Source of the DNA: an uncultured Candidatus Saccharibacteria bacterium
Lineage (GTDB): Bacteria > Patescibacteriota > Saccharimonadia > CAZBQI01
NCBI GenBank assembly: GCA_964494105.1
Contig: CAZBQI010000005.1
Coordinates: 10,646 to 74,645 of the forward strand
Reading direction: 5' to 3'
Length of the DNA: 64,000 nt
This document shows positions 1 to 10,221 of the stretch, one piece after another; the stretch's first letter is position 1; each line of letters starts with the position of its first letter. The notes beneath the pieces are model-generated. The model was given only the letters and a program-made list of their open reading frames with translations, ran no database searches and was not told where the DNA came from. Position numbers and translations under genes: made by a program.

Positions 1-799
1 TCGGGGTGTCCCTACCGGTTTTAAAGACATTGATTATACTTTGGCCGGGTTGCAGAACTCAGATTTGATTATAATTGCCGCGCGACCATCACTGGGAAAA
101 ACCAGTTTTGCCTTAAATATCGCACATCACGTAGCCGTTAAAGAGGGAATCCCGGTGGGTATCTTTAGCTTAGAGATGAGTCAAGACCAATTGGTAGACA
201 GATTACTAGCGGCAGAGTCTGGGGTTGATTCTTGGAAACTACGCACCGGCAGCCTAGAAGACACCGATTTTGCCAAATTAAACGAAGCAATGGGCACCCT
301 AAGTGAAGCGCCAATCTTTATCGACGATACTCCGGTCTTGAACGCAATGGAAATGCGCACCAAGGCTCGACGTATTCAAAGCGAGCATGGACTGGGTTTG
401 CTAATTGTCGATTACCTGCAGCTTATGAGCGGACGCTCTAACAGTAGCGGTGACAACCGAGTACAAGAGGTATCCGAGATCTCAAGAGGCCTCAAGGCAT
501 TAGCTCGCGAACTAAACATACCTGTAGTTGCCTTAAGCCAGCTTTCGAGAAGTGTTGAAAGTAGAAGTCCCCAAATTCCTCAGCTCTCTGACTTAAGGGA
601 ATCAGGAAGTATCGAGCAAGATGCTGATGTTGTAATGTTTATTTATCGTGAAGAGGTTTACAACCCAGAAACAGAGCGACAGCATTTGGCCGATATTCTT
701 ATCCGTAAGCACCGTAACGGACCGACGGGGCAGGCCGAATTGTACTTCCACCCAGAGCAATTGCAGTTCCGATCATTAGCCAAAAATCGCGCAGCCTAG
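1..799 (+). CDS. dnaB: Replicative DNA helicase DnaB, C-terminal RecA-like domain; 5'-partial, continues upstream of the window
   Basis: Walker [10 protein letters not shown], Walker [11 protein letters not shown], and the typical DnaB C-terminal block ([23 protein letters not shown]). The ORF is open at the window start. Confidence 0.9.
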   Translation, partial: RGVPTGFKDIDYTLAGLQNSDLIIIAARPSLGKTSFALNIAHHVAVKEGIPVGIFSLEMSQDQLVDRLLAAESGVDSWKLRTGSLEDTDFAKLNEAMGTLSEAPIFIDDTPVLNAMEMRTKARRIQSEHGLGLLIVDYLQLMSGRSNSSGDNRVQEVSEISRGLKALARELNIPVVALSQLSRSVESRSPQIPQLSDLRESGSIEQDADVVMFIYREEVYNPETERQHLADILIRKHRNGPTGQAELYFHPEQLQFRSLAKNRAA

Positions 800-870
800 A
801 GATGGGTTCGCTTTACCAATTGCCCAAACTTGGCTATGCTTAGAACAAGTATAAGTACTGCTAAAAAGGT

Positions 871-1353
871 ATGGAAAAGAATAAACCAAAAAATTCAAAG
901 CTAAACGAAACCAAACGAGTTGGCAAGTTTGGACTAGTGGGCATACTTAATACCCTGCTAGATTTCTCTATCTATAATTTTCTAATTATTTTTCTTGATT
1001 TCGACAGAATCCCTGCAAACGTCGTAGCGGCTACCTTTGCAATGACATTCAGCTTTTTTGCAAACCGAACATTCGTTTTTGGCAATAATTCAAAAAACGT
1101 AGCAAGACAAGCAATTCTATTCCTTCTAATCACCGCCTTTGGTTTATATATTGTTCAGAACGTTGTAATTTACGGTCTTACAGATATTTGGCACTTCCCG
1201 CTGGCTTTGGCGTACGATATTGTTGGTGTCTTTGGCCTTGACCGGGTCTTTAGCGAATCGTTTGTGATAGACAATGGAGCCAAAGTAATTGCCACTTTAT
1301 TTAGTATGACCTGGAATTACATCATGTATAAAAAAGTCGTGTTTAAGAAGTGA
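871..1353 (+). CDS. GtrA-family small membrane protein (polyprenol-sugar translocation-associated)
   Basis: 160 aa with four predicted TM helices; N-terminal KFGLVGILNTLLDFSIYNFLI is the GtrA signature. Its end overlaps the next gene by 4 nt (GTGA). Confidence 0.75.
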   Translation: MEKNKPKNSKLNETKRVGKFGLVGILNTLLDFSIYNFLIIFLDFDRIPANVVAATFAMTFSFFANRTFVFGNNSKNVARQAILFLLITAFGLYIVQNVVIYGLTDIWHFPLALAYDIVGVFGLDRVFSESFVIDNGAKVIATLFSMTWNYIMYKKVVFKK

Positions 1354-2903
1354 AAAGATTTTTTCAGCGCACATTTGACTTTGTAAAAAAACATCGGGTA
1401 GGCTGCGCGATTGCATTCGTATTAATTGTTGCAAGTTTTTTTCGACTTTGGCAGCTTTCTAGCTTGCCACCCGGACTACATCCTGATGAAGCTGCCAATG
1501 GTTTAGACGTATTTCGAATTTTGAACGGTGACGTTAGAGTCTTATATGCAACAAACGGCCCTCGAGAAGCGCTTTTCTTTTATTTGCAGGCTATATTTGT
1601 GGTACTACTGGGAAACACCATATTAGCGCTCCGTATCGCTCCGGCCTTAATTGGAATTGCCGCTGTAGGCGTAACATACCTCTGGATTAAGGAATGGTTT
1701 AGCAAACGTGCAGCCCTGCTAGCTGCCGCATTTATGGCAACTGGATCGTGGGCAGTTACAATTGCCCGCGATGGTTTTAGAGCCGGAATGATGCCATTAA
1801 TGTTGGCACTAGTTGGCTGGACCATGACACTTGCATACAAAAAACGTCAGCTTAGGTATTACTTACTTGCTGGGTTTACAATTGGGCTTGGTTTCTATAC
1901 TTATTTATCATATAGATTTGTTATCGTAATCGCCGGTGTATTGGTGTTGTACGCACTAGTTTTTTATCGCAAGCAATTTATAAAGTTCTTAGTACCTTTG
2001 TGCATAATGGCAGTGGTTGCATTTGTGACCATTTTACCGCTCGGGTATTACGCACTTAAAAATCCGGGCGATGTTCTCGGGGGGAGATCTTCGGTTGCCA
2101 TCACTAACCCGGAGCTCAACAATGGTAGTGTGCCAAAAACATTCGTAAGTAATGTAATAAAGACAGCCGCCATGTTTAATATTGAAGGCGACCAAAACCA
2201 TCGACACAACTTAGGTGGATTACCGATGCTCAACGCTTTTGTTGGCGTTCTATTCGTTTTAGGTGGCTTAATCTCTGTTCGACGGTCCAAAGACTTTCGA
2301 TACTTTAGCCTTTTGGTTGTTTTTGGAGTAATGCTTTTACCCGCCCTACTTACGGCGGAAGGCATACCTCACGGTTTGCGAGCAATTGGTGTAATACCCG
2401 TGGTGTATATTTTTGCTGCTATTGGTTTTACCGAGCTACTAAGTCGATGGCGGGGCGTATTCCCAGCTAATCCAATCGCAATTACTATTGGCTTGGTTAT
2501 ATTGCTTGGCCTAACCGCTTTAGCCGGAATCTATGACTATCAACGCTATTTTAATGCCTGGGCCAATAACCCTAAAACATTTGAAGCATATAGCGAGGAT
2601 GCCGTTGCTGTTGGCGAGTTCTTAAAATCTACGGATTACGCCGGTAAACGCTACGCTGTTATCGATGGCTATAGCAATATCAACGTGCTTTACTTGACGC
2701 ATAAAAAAACCGACTACTCGCGCATCGATGCAAAAGACATTACTCAAATAGATCCAACTAGTCCTGCACAGTATGTCGTAGTAGCCAACCAAAATAAAAT
2801 TGCCGAGCCGCTTCTTTCTAAGCGTAAGGCAACACTTACTAAGCGACAGGAATCATTAAAACGCAAAGGCGAAACCATGTATTATGTGTATGAGGTAAAA
2901 TAA
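1350..2903 (+). CDS. GT39 (PMT/ArnT-like) polyprenol-phosphate-sugar-dependent membrane glycosyltransferase
   Basis: 517 aa polytopic membrane protein with N-terminal PMT_2-like loops (HPDEAANG, RIAPALIGIAAVGVTYLW) and a long C-terminal soluble domain. Confidence 0.7.
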   Translation: MKRFFQRTFDFVKKHRVGCAIAFVLIVASFFRLWQLSSLPPGLHPDEAANGLDVFRILNGDVRVLYATNGPREALFFYLQAIFVVLLGNTILALRIAPALIGIAAVGVTYLWIKEWFSKRAALLAAAFMATGSWAVTIARDGFRAGMMPLMLALVGWTMTLAYKKRQLRYYLLAGFTIGLGFYTYLSYRFVIVIAGVLVLYALVFYRKQFIKFLVPLCIMAVVAFVTILPLGYYALKNPGDVLGGRSSVAITNPELNNGSVPKTFVSNVIKTAAMFNIEGDQNHRHNLGGLPMLNAFVGVLFVLGGLISVRRSKDFRYFSLLVVFGVMLLPALLTAEGIPHGLRAIGVIPVVYIFAAIGFTELLSRWRGVFPANPIAITIGLVILLGLTALAGIYDYQRYFNAWANNPKTFEAYSEDAVAVGEFLKSTDYAGKRYAVIDGYSNINVLYLTHKKTDYSRIDAKDITQIDPTSPAQYVVVANQNKIAEPLLSKRKATLTKRQESLKRKGETMYYVYEVK

Positions 2904-2905
2904 TT

Positions 2906-3643
2906 ATGAATGATAAGCAAATAGATCTTAGTATTGTTATACCCGCCTACAATGAAGCAAAACGTATCGGCCAAAGCCTAGAGACTCTTGCCGAATATCT
3001 GAAACAATCATCAAGGTTTGGCAATGTTGAGGTTATAGTAGTTGCCGCAAGAGGAAGAGACAAGACATTAGATGTCGCAAAGGCTAAGAAGCAGCTTTTC
3101 GAAACATTTGTACCAATCGACGCCGGTGCACATATCGGTAAGGGTCGGGATGTAAAAATGGCTATGCTAAAAGCTCGAGGCAAATACCGAATATTTATGG
3201 ACGCCGATTTGGCTACGCCCCTAAAACACCTCGAAGATGTACAGAAAAACATCTTACAGCACAAAGACGTAATTATCGGCACAAGAGACTTGACATCATC
3301 GCACAAAGGTTTACGCAAATTTATCTCAAGTTTCGGAAATATCTTAATTCGTATTTTATTGGGACTAAAAATTAATGACACTCAATGCGGATTTAAATGT
3401 TTTAGAGATGACGTAGCAACTGATTTGTTTGGCGCACAGACAATTACAGGGTGGGGCTTTGACATGGAGGTATTGGCAATAGCCAAGTATCGAAAATACT
3501 CAATCGTAACATTGCCAATCGAAGACTGGCAGGATGTGGCCGGTGGTACTTTTAAAAATGTAGCGGTATCCGGAGCTTTATCTACATTTAAGGACTTACT
3601 GAAGATTAAACTCAATTTATTATCAGGCAAATATAAGCAGTGA
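2906..3643 (+). CDS. GT2 polyprenol-phosphate sugar synthase (GtrB / Ppm1 / DPM1-like)
   Basis: LSIVIPAYNEAKRI near the N-terminus, a DAD motif (FMDADLATP) and a QCGFKCF block. 245 aa, soluble. Confidence 0.85.
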   Translation: MNDKQIDLSIVIPAYNEAKRIGQSLETLAEYLKQSSRFGNVEVIVVAARGRDKTLDVAKAKKQLFETFVPIDAGAHIGKGRDVKMAMLKARGKYRIFMDADLATPLKHLEDVQKNILQHKDVIIGTRDLTSSHKGLRKFISSFGNILIRILLGLKINDTQCGFKCFRDDVATDLFGAQTITGWGFDMEVLAIAKYRKYSIVTLPIEDWQDVAGGTFKNVAVSGALSTFKDLLKIKLNLLSGKYKQ

Positions 3644-5121
3644 GTCTTTACAGCGTTAAGCAGTGGGTAAAAGATAACTGGGTAATGCCACTATCGGTAC
3701 TACTAAGCGTATCTATTCAGCTGTCATTCATATCAAAATCAAGTATCTGGCACGATGAAGGCTATAGTTTGTGGCTAATAAAGTATGACTACTGGGATAT
3801 CTTAGTCCGCACAGCCCGCGATGTACATCCGCCCCTTTACTACCTGGCCTTAAAGCTGTGGACCGAAATTTTCGGCCGATCTGAAATGGCGGCGCGCAGT
3901 TTGAGTACACTTTGTGTGGCGGGCATCATAATATTGTCATATTTTTTAGTAAAGAAACTGTTTGGCTTGGGAGCTGCCCGTGTTGCAGTCATTTTCTTAG
4001 CTTTGGCTCCCTTTATAATTCGCTACGGTCAAGAAGCCAGGATGTACAGCCTAACGGCACTGCTACTGACCGCTGCCACCTTAGTGCTAGTTTATGCGCT
4101 TCGTTCAAAGTCTTGGCGACTACTTCTGCTCTATAGCATATTTATGGCGTTGGCGTTTTACACCCATTACTATGCGGTTTTCATGGTGCCCGTGCACTGG
4201 ATATATGTTGCGTCTCGCACCCATTGGCGCAAGGAGGAACGAGATAAAAAGGAATTCGGCTTGTTTAACCCATGGTGGTGGTTTGCCAATTTTCTAATTG
4301 TCGCGTTCTTTCTCCCATGGTTACCAAGTGCAATAGGTCAGTTCACCAGAGTCCAGGGAGGGTTCTGGATACCCCCCGTAACAATCGAGACCTTGCCAGC
4401 TACAACTGCACAAATGCTTCAATATACAAGCCTAAATAGCTATCATCTGGCTTTACGCATAGGGATTTTAGCGCTAGTAATCGCACTGTCATTAGCCAGC
4501 ATTATTCTGAATAAAAAAAACCGATCCAGTGTAATTCTATTAAGCGCTTGGGCGGCTATGGCTCCATTAGCCGTTTTTATGATTTCGTTGCTGGCACGCC
4601 CGGTTTACATTGATAGATATTTTGTCTATACAGCAGTAGCTTTTTACATTTTACTTGCCGTCTTGCTATATCTGCGACCGCTTAACTATCTTTACCGCAT
4701 ACGACCAATTATCGTATCGGCTATTGCTTTACTTTTCTGTTACGGCATTTCTAATGTCTACGCTCAGAGTAACCACCAGATGTCAAAAGTAGGGAACTTT
4801 ATGAACAATCAATATCGATCCGGAGATTTCATCGTATCCGGTGAGTTATATACATACCTAGACTTTAGCTATTATAATGCTACCGGCCAGCCAGTCTATC
4901 TATACGCTCCGGGAGGAGTAAACGGCTATGGCGAAACTAGTCTGATTTACGATCAGCCGGATTTAATTGTTTCTAGTTTTGATAATATCAGTAACAATCG
5001 AATATGGATTATTGGCAAAGCCGGTGAAAAAGACTACTTTAGAAAAGTGCCTACTTCGTGGAAATTACAAAAAACCTTCAATGCCAAAGATTCTGAGATA
5101 CGTCTCTACGTAAATAGCTAG
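3640..5121 (+). CDS. GT39 (PMT/ArnT-like) membrane glycosyltransferase, second paralog
   Basis: WHDEGYSLWL, HPPLYY and EARMYSL motifs of the PMT_2/ArnT family; polytopic; start overlaps the GT2 stop (ATGA). Confidence 0.8.
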   Translation: MSLYSVKQWVKDNWVMPLSVLLSVSIQLSFISKSSIWHDEGYSLWLIKYDYWDILVRTARDVHPPLYYLALKLWTEIFGRSEMAARSLSTLCVAGIIILSYFLVKKLFGLGAARVAVIFLALAPFIIRYGQEARMYSLTALLLTAATLVLVYALRSKSWRLLLLYSIFMALAFYTHYYAVFMVPVHWIYVASRTHWRKEERDKKEFGLFNPWWWFANFLIVAFFLPWLPSAIGQFTRVQGGFWIPPVTIETLPATTAQMLQYTSLNSYHLALRIGILALVIALSLASIILNKKNRSSVILLSAWAAMAPLAVFMISLLARPVYIDRYFVYTAVAFYILLAVLLYLRPLNYLYRIRPIIVSAIALLFCYGISNVYAQSNHQMSKVGNFMNNQYRSGDFIVSGELYTYLDFSYYNATGQPVYLYAPGGVNGYGETSLIYDQPDLIVSSFDNISNNRIWIIGKAGEKDYFRKVPTSWKLQKTFNAKDSEIRLYVNS

Positions 5122-5124
5122 AAT

Positions 5125-5445
5125 TTGCTAAACTATATAGAGAAAGAGAGGTTCAATATGCTTGGAAAAGCCAAAGCGCTAATGGAACTAAAGAAGATTC
5201 AATCTCAATTAGCCAAAGAAGTAGTCGAAGTAGAGGCCGGTGATGGAGCTGTTAAGGTGCGGATCAGCGGTGAGCAAAAAATAAAGAGCGTAACGCTCGA
5301 TGAAGCAAGGGTACAAGAAGCCAGCACCGAACAGCTTGAACGCTGGATAGAATCAGCCGTCAGCCAAGCAATTACCAAATCACAGCAGATTGCCGCTGAA
5401 AAAATGCGAGCTATGAGCGGTGGCCTGGGAATTCCAGGACTCTAG
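5125..5445 (+). CDS. ybaB: Nucleoid-associated protein YbaB/EbfC
   Basis: 106 aa with the YbaB pattern (MLGKAKALMELKKIQ ... GDGAVKV ... SGE); conserved synteny with recR. Confidence 0.85.
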   Translation: MLNYIEKERFNMLGKAKALMELKKIQSQLAKEVVEVEAGDGAVKVRISGEQKIKSVTLDEARVQEASTEQLERWIESAVSQAITKSQQIAAEKMRAMSGGLGIPGL

Positions 5446-5451
5446 GAACAT

Positions 5452-6042
5452 ATGCTACCTGCAGCTTTAGAATCGCTAATCTCCGAACTTGGCCGTTTGC
5501 CTGGAATTGGTCCTCGAACGGCTGAGCGCTTAGCGTTTTTTTTACTAAAAGCAAACCGCTCGCAAAGCACTCAGCTTGCACGGAGCCTAGAAGACCTGCA
5601 TGCAAATATTCGGTCGTGTAAAACTTGTTTTAACCTTAGTGAGAATGATTTGTGCTCAATTTGCCTCAGTACTAAACGCGACCCATCGGTTATAGCCGTA
5701 GTAGAAGAGCCACTTGATGTTATAGCACTTGAAAAAACAGCAATGTATCACGGCAAATACCATGTACTCGGCGGGGTAATATCACCAATTGACGGTATTG
5801 GGCCAGAGCAACTACACATTAGGCAACTACTTAGTCGTCTAGCAAATAACAATGTCAGTGAAATAATATTAGCGCTCAACCCTAGCACAGAGGGCGAGGC
5901 AACAGCACTCTATTTGCAACGGCAATTTCCACCCGAGGTAAAGGTTACGCGTCTAGCCCGCGGTCTACCTATGGGTAGTGATCTTGAGTATGCTGATCAA
6001 ATAACTCTGGGCCGTGCCCTAGAAGGCAGACAGGCAGTATAG
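5452..6042 (+). CDS. recR: Recombination protein RecR
   Basis: N-terminal HhH (PGIGPRTAERLAF), C4 zinc finger (CKTCFNLSENDLCSIC) and Toprim domain; 196 aa. Confidence 0.9.
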   Translation: MLPAALESLISELGRLPGIGPRTAERLAFFLLKANRSQSTQLARSLEDLHANIRSCKTCFNLSENDLCSICLSTKRDPSVIAVVEEPLDVIALEKTAMYHGKYHVLGGVISPIDGIGPEQLHIRQLLSRLANNNVSEIILALNPSTEGEATALYLQRQFPPEVKVTRLARGLPMGSDLEYADQITLGRALEGRQAV

Positions 6043-6043
6043 A

Positions 6044-7051
6044 ATGTCTAATCTACTATTCGAGTCACTACACAATCACACAAAGTCTTCTGACGGCAAG
6101 CAAGACCATCTACAAGTACTCGCATCCGCCGAAAGACACGGTATAGGCGTTATTGCATTTACCGATCACGACATCCTGCCCAGTCAAGAGAACTTAAAAA
6201 TACTGAAAGCTTACAATGGACCGGTTAAGTGGCTTTGTGGTATCGAGTTAACATCACGATTGCCAAGAGAATTAAACAAACCGGGCACATTACATATACT
6301 AGGGCTATTTACAGACCCTATGAACAAGGAATTGCGTGAGTATTCGGATCACGTTGTAGCCTCACGCATCGAGCGAATGAAGCACTTTGTGAAAGAACTG
6401 AATTCTATTGGTTTTAAGTTAACCGAAAGTCAGTGTATGTCTGCTGCCGATGGTGCCCCGGTTGGCAATCCTCATGTAGTTAAAGCGTTACTAGCAAATC
6501 CAGATAATGTGAAGCGCATGGATGAAATAAAAAAAGAAATGTCCAAGGTAGCAGAGTCCAACCCTGAGGTTCGCTTCCGCTATGATCGAATGCTAGAAGA
6601 AGGTGAGCAAACGTATCCCTATGTACTATTCATGAAACGTAGCTCTTTTTACCCGATGGCACCAAGCAAATCAAGCGAATCCATACTAGACCTAGATGCC
6701 AGCGTTAAGCTCATAAGGCAATCCGGCGGAGTAGCCTTGCAAGCTCATTGGTTTTTTCATCAAAGCATTCTTTCGGAGAGCAAATTAACCGAGCTAATAA
6801 AAGATACCCGACTAGATGGGGTAGAGACAGATGTAAAAAATCTCATTACGCCTCGCGACGTTCGCAAGGAAACAAAGTTTCTAGAGGATTTAGCTCGTAG
6901 ACACAATGCTCTTGAATCAATTGGAGCTGATGCACATGATGATAAAGATTTAGAGTTTTTTGCAAAGTCCGAAGCAGCCCAAAATTCTATTGGTCAAACC
7001 AAGAAAATGATTAACGAATTTCACCCAAACCTCGAGTGGTCTAATCTCTAA
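6044..7051 (+). CDS. PHP-domain metal-dependent phosphoesterase
   Basis: HNHTKSSDG and AFTDHD motifs of the PHP (polymerase/histidinol phosphatase) fold. Confidence 0.7.
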   Translation: MSNLLFESLHNHTKSSDGKQDHLQVLASAERHGIGVIAFTDHDILPSQENLKILKAYNGPVKWLCGIELTSRLPRELNKPGTLHILGLFTDPMNKELREYSDHVVASRIERMKHFVKELNSIGFKLTESQCMSAADGAPVGNPHVVKALLANPDNVKRMDEIKKEMSKVAESNPEVRFRYDRMLEEGEQTYPYVLFMKRSSFYPMAPSKSSESILDLDASVKLIRQSGGVALQAHWFFHQSILSESKLTELIKDTRLDGVETDVKNLITPRDVRKETKFLEDLARRHNALESIGADAHDDKDLEFFAKSEAAQNSIGQTKKMINEFHPNLEWSNL

Positions 7052-7231
7052 TTTGACAGTATTTACACAAATGCTAAAGTAGGGTTATGCAAGCACAAAG
7101 CCAAAAACCAAACACATGTAAATGCGCAACCTGTAAATGTAGCGGGTGCTATTGCTAATATAAATAACCTAGATTAACAAGTCGTACACACCCGCCTCTT
7201 GAGGCGGATTTTAATTTTAAAAGGAGTAAAC

Positions 7232-7516
7232 ATGATTGAATCAATCAAACCAAACAGTAGGGGAGCTTTCGCCGGCGAATTAACTAGCACTGTTCATATC
7301 GCTATCGCCGATGAGGGTCAAGACATGCCTTATTTGTTCCTCGATCAACCAACTTTCGAAGAAGCACTTAATACTCTCGGCCAAACGAATACAGTTTTAA
7401 GTGCTCTTAAGCATTTAGTAGTGTTTCCATATATAGCTATGGAAACACGCATCGTACCAATTTATGAGCGATTAGTTCGTGATCACATAACAGCATTATC
7501 TCTTTGTCGGATCTGA
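7232..7516 (+). CDS. Hypothetical small protein. The ATG at 7232 is preferred over the upstream start at 7199, which lies inside a hairpin.
   Basis: RBS AAAGGAG sits 6 nt before the ATG at 7232. The 7199 start falls within the stem-loop CCGCCTC..GAGGCGG followed by a T-run. Confidence 0.4.
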   Translation: MIESIKPNSRGAFAGELTSTVHIAIADEGQDMPYLFLDQPTFEEALNTLGQTNTVLSALKHLVVFPYIAMETRIVPIYERLVRDHITALSLCRI

Positions 7517-7666
7517 TGGCGATTTTTTTAGATACGAAGTGGCAAGGCTGCTCAAGCCACACATAACAGACCCTGGCTATCCAGATGCTTTGATTGTCCT
7601 AAATCCAGCCTATTAAGCGGTTGAGCCTATTGATTTGAATATAGAATAGTATAATGAAAGCAAACA

Positions 7667-9016
7667 ATGAAACTATATAATTCGCTAAGTAAAAAACTAG
7701 AGGAATTTCAACCACTAAAAAAGGGAAGTGTGGGGCTCTACACTTGTGGGCCAACCGTTTACGATCACGTGCACATTGGCAACTTACGAACCTATATTTT
7801 TGAAGACACGTTAAGACGGATGCTCAAATTAAGTGGATTAAACGTACAGCATGTTATGAACATCACCGATATAGAAGATAAGATATTTACCCGTAGCAAG
7901 AAACAATATCCAAACGAACCTGTTAGCAGCTCGTATAAAAAACTCACCAACAAATTTGAAGAACTTTTTTTTGAAGACACTAAAAAACTAGCTATCGACC
8001 TAGTAGCTTCTACAATCATTCGGGCCACAGACGCAATAAGCGACATGCAGACCCTAGTATTAAAAATCCCGAATAAATACATAACTGATGACGGGGTGTA
8101 TTTCGATATCAGTGAATACCCCGACTACGGCGTATTCACGAAACTTGATACCACCCATGAGCATCATCGTATCAACAATGATGAATACGATAAAAACCAT
8201 GTTGCTGACTTTGCTCTATGGAAGGTAGCAAAAGGCGACGAACCCAGCTGGGACTTCAAGATAGATGGTAAAACACTAAACGGACGACCAGGCTGGCACC
8301 TGGAATGCTCTGCCATGGCCACTAGGTACCTTGGTCAGCCTTTTGATATACATACCGGCGGAATAGATCTGAAATTCCCACATCATGAAAACGAGATTGC
8401 TCAAAGCAAGTCAGCTAATGGTAATAATTTAGCTACTACCTTCGTACACGCCGAGCACTTGCTGGTTGATGGCAAAAAAATGAGTAAGAGTTTAAATAAC
8501 TTTTACACACTCGAAGATATTATCAAAAAGGGATACAACCCATTGGCATTTCGACTATTGATACTCCAAGCGCATTATCGCTCGCAATTAAACTTTTCCT
8601 GGGAATCCCTGCAAGCGGCCCAAAGCTTTCTACTCAAAGTCTATGAGGTTGCTGATCTTTCGTTTCAAACACAACCTGGTGACATTTCAGAAATTCAACT
8701 AAAAAACATGCTGGGTAGTTTGCAAGACGATCTTAATACGCCGGCAGTAATTGCTGAATTGGCCAGATTTATCGAAAACAACCCAAATGTTGCATTGCCT
8801 AAGGCGTTAATCGAATTTATTGATGCGTCACTAGGATTGGCAATAGGGGATCGGGAAGATGCTTCTGGCGAGCAAAAGGTGCTCATTAAACAAAGGAACG
8901 TCTTGCGTGATAATGGTGATTTTGCCGGTGCCGACGTAATTCGTACACAACTCAAAGCAGATAGTATTCTATTAAACGATACTGCAAAAGGAACTTTTTG
9001 GTATAGAGCTATTTAG
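7667..9016 (+). CDS. cysS: Cysteine--tRNA ligase
   Basis: HIGH motif (HVHIGNLRT), KMSKS present verbatim, zinc-binding Cys (WHLECS). Confidence 0.95.
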   Translation: MKLYNSLSKKLEEFQPLKKGSVGLYTCGPTVYDHVHIGNLRTYIFEDTLRRMLKLSGLNVQHVMNITDIEDKIFTRSKKQYPNEPVSSSYKKLTNKFEELFFEDTKKLAIDLVASTIIRATDAISDMQTLVLKIPNKYITDDGVYFDISEYPDYGVFTKLDTTHEHHRINNDEYDKNHVADFALWKVAKGDEPSWDFKIDGKTLNGRPGWHLECSAMATRYLGQPFDIHTGGIDLKFPHHENEIAQSKSANGNNLATTFVHAEHLLVDGKKMSKSLNNFYTLEDIIKKGYNPLAFRLLILQAHYRSQLNFSWESLQAAQSFLLKVYEVADLSFQTQPGDISEIQLKNMLGSLQDDLNTPAVIAELARFIENNPNVALPKALIEFIDASLGLAIGDREDASGEQKVLIKQRNVLRDNGDFAGADVIRTQLKADSILLNDTAKGTFWYRAI

Positions 9017-10116
9017 CTTATCTTTGCCTTATACTCATCTTTGGGGCTATTTCTTAGGCTAATGTTCTTGCCTTCAAGATAATCCATTACAAGTATCCTG
9101 GCGCACGCAGCCAGGGGAATCGCAACTAGAGCCCCGAGCAAACCGGCTATATTTGCCCCAATTAATGCAGAAGCTAAAATTAACAAAGGCGAAATATTGA
9201 CAGCTTTTGACTGAACTAATGGCTGAACGAAATTGTTTTCCAGTTGTTGATAGATTAATAAGTATATCCCGAGAATAATTGCCGCTGGAACCGAATTGAA
9301 TAAGGTGATTATAACCAGCATTACGCCACTTATCGTCGCCCCAATTAAGGGTACCAAGTTTAGAAACCAAACTACTCCAGTTAAAGGCAGAGCGTATGGT
9401 ATGCCGATAATCCTTAACGCAATATATGCACTCGTAGCGCCTAATGTGGCAATAAGCAATTGCCCATTAACGTAACCAGTTACCACCTTGTACATTTCGT
9501 TAGCGAGTTTCTTTCGGTGTTTGCGCTTTTCTTCTGATTGCAACATCCAAAAGCGTTCAAGCCACGCCGGACCTTCGACTACCATAAAGAACGTCAGAAC
9601 CAACACTGTTAATAAAGCAGCCACCGTAGATATCACTCGTTTCGCCGTAGTAAAAACAGGACCACTAATTTCCGTCACTCGGCTACTTTGACGCTCATAT
9701 ATGCCCTCTAGTGTGTCGGGAATATTATACTTTCGTGCCAGTTCGGCCTGACGGGAATCGGATGTCTCGATAGCGTTAATGTATGTAGGTGCTTTTTCTA
9801 CAACCTGACGAGTTTGGCTAATTAACGGTGGAATCACAATATATAGCAAACCACCGATTACACTCAAAACAACAATGTAGGCTGCGCCGGTGGCAAGTCC
9901 GCGACTATCCTTTGGCATTTTTCGCGCCAGCGAATTAACCGGTCGCGAAAGAGCTATAGCCAAAAAAAGCGATATACCTAAGAGCGAAAAAGCAGTCCGC
10001 GCAATATAGACAAACCAAATGCCAAGAAAAAATAATGAAATTATTGCTAATACCCTAAATACGGTTCGATTGCTAACAGTAGTGCGAATACTCAGTAGAT
10101 CTGATATTTTTTTCAT
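9013..10116 (-). CDS. AI-2E family (PerM/UPF0118) membrane transporter
   Basis: 367 aa, about 8 TM helices, typical AI-2E glycine-rich C-terminal helices. Convergent 4-nt overlap with cysS. Confidence 0.75.
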   Translation of the reverse strand: MKKISDLLSIRTTVSNRTVFRVLAIISLFFLGIWFVYIARTAFSLLGISLFLAIALSRPVNSLARKMPKDSRGLATGAAYIVVLSVIGGLLYIVIPPLISQTRQVVEKAPTYINAIETSDSRQAELARKYNIPDTLEGIYERQSSRVTEISGPVFTTAKRVISTVAALLTVLVLTFFMVVEGPAWLERFWMLQSEEKRKHRKKLANEMYKVVTGYVNGQLLIATLGATSAYIALRIIGIPYALPLTGVVWFLNLVPLIGATISGVMLVIITLFNSVPAAIILGIYLLIYQQLENNFVQPLVQSKAVNISPLLILASALIGANIAGLLGALVAIPLAACARILVMDYLEGKNISLRNSPKDEYKAKIS

Positions 10117-10221
10117 TTACACCCATTATGTTTATATTTATCAACACCGTCAAGCAATTGCTATTTTTATACTAATCTTGCCTTATTGTCACTGCTGTTA
10201 TAAAAGTATATTATAACACCT

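Noticed and set aside
7190-7220. Hairpin CCGCCTC..GAGGCGG + T-run as terminator of the PHP gene
   Set aside because: It is plausibly a terminator, but its 2-nt loop is atypically small and it lies 140 nt past the PHP stop. It is used here only as evidence against the 7199 start and is not listed as a confident feature.
7517-7666. T-box or other leader upstream of cysS
   Set aside because: The spacer is only 150 nt, lacks the T-box core (AATTAGGGTGGNACCGCG), and contains a plausible promoter (TTGAAT ... TATAAT) close to the start.
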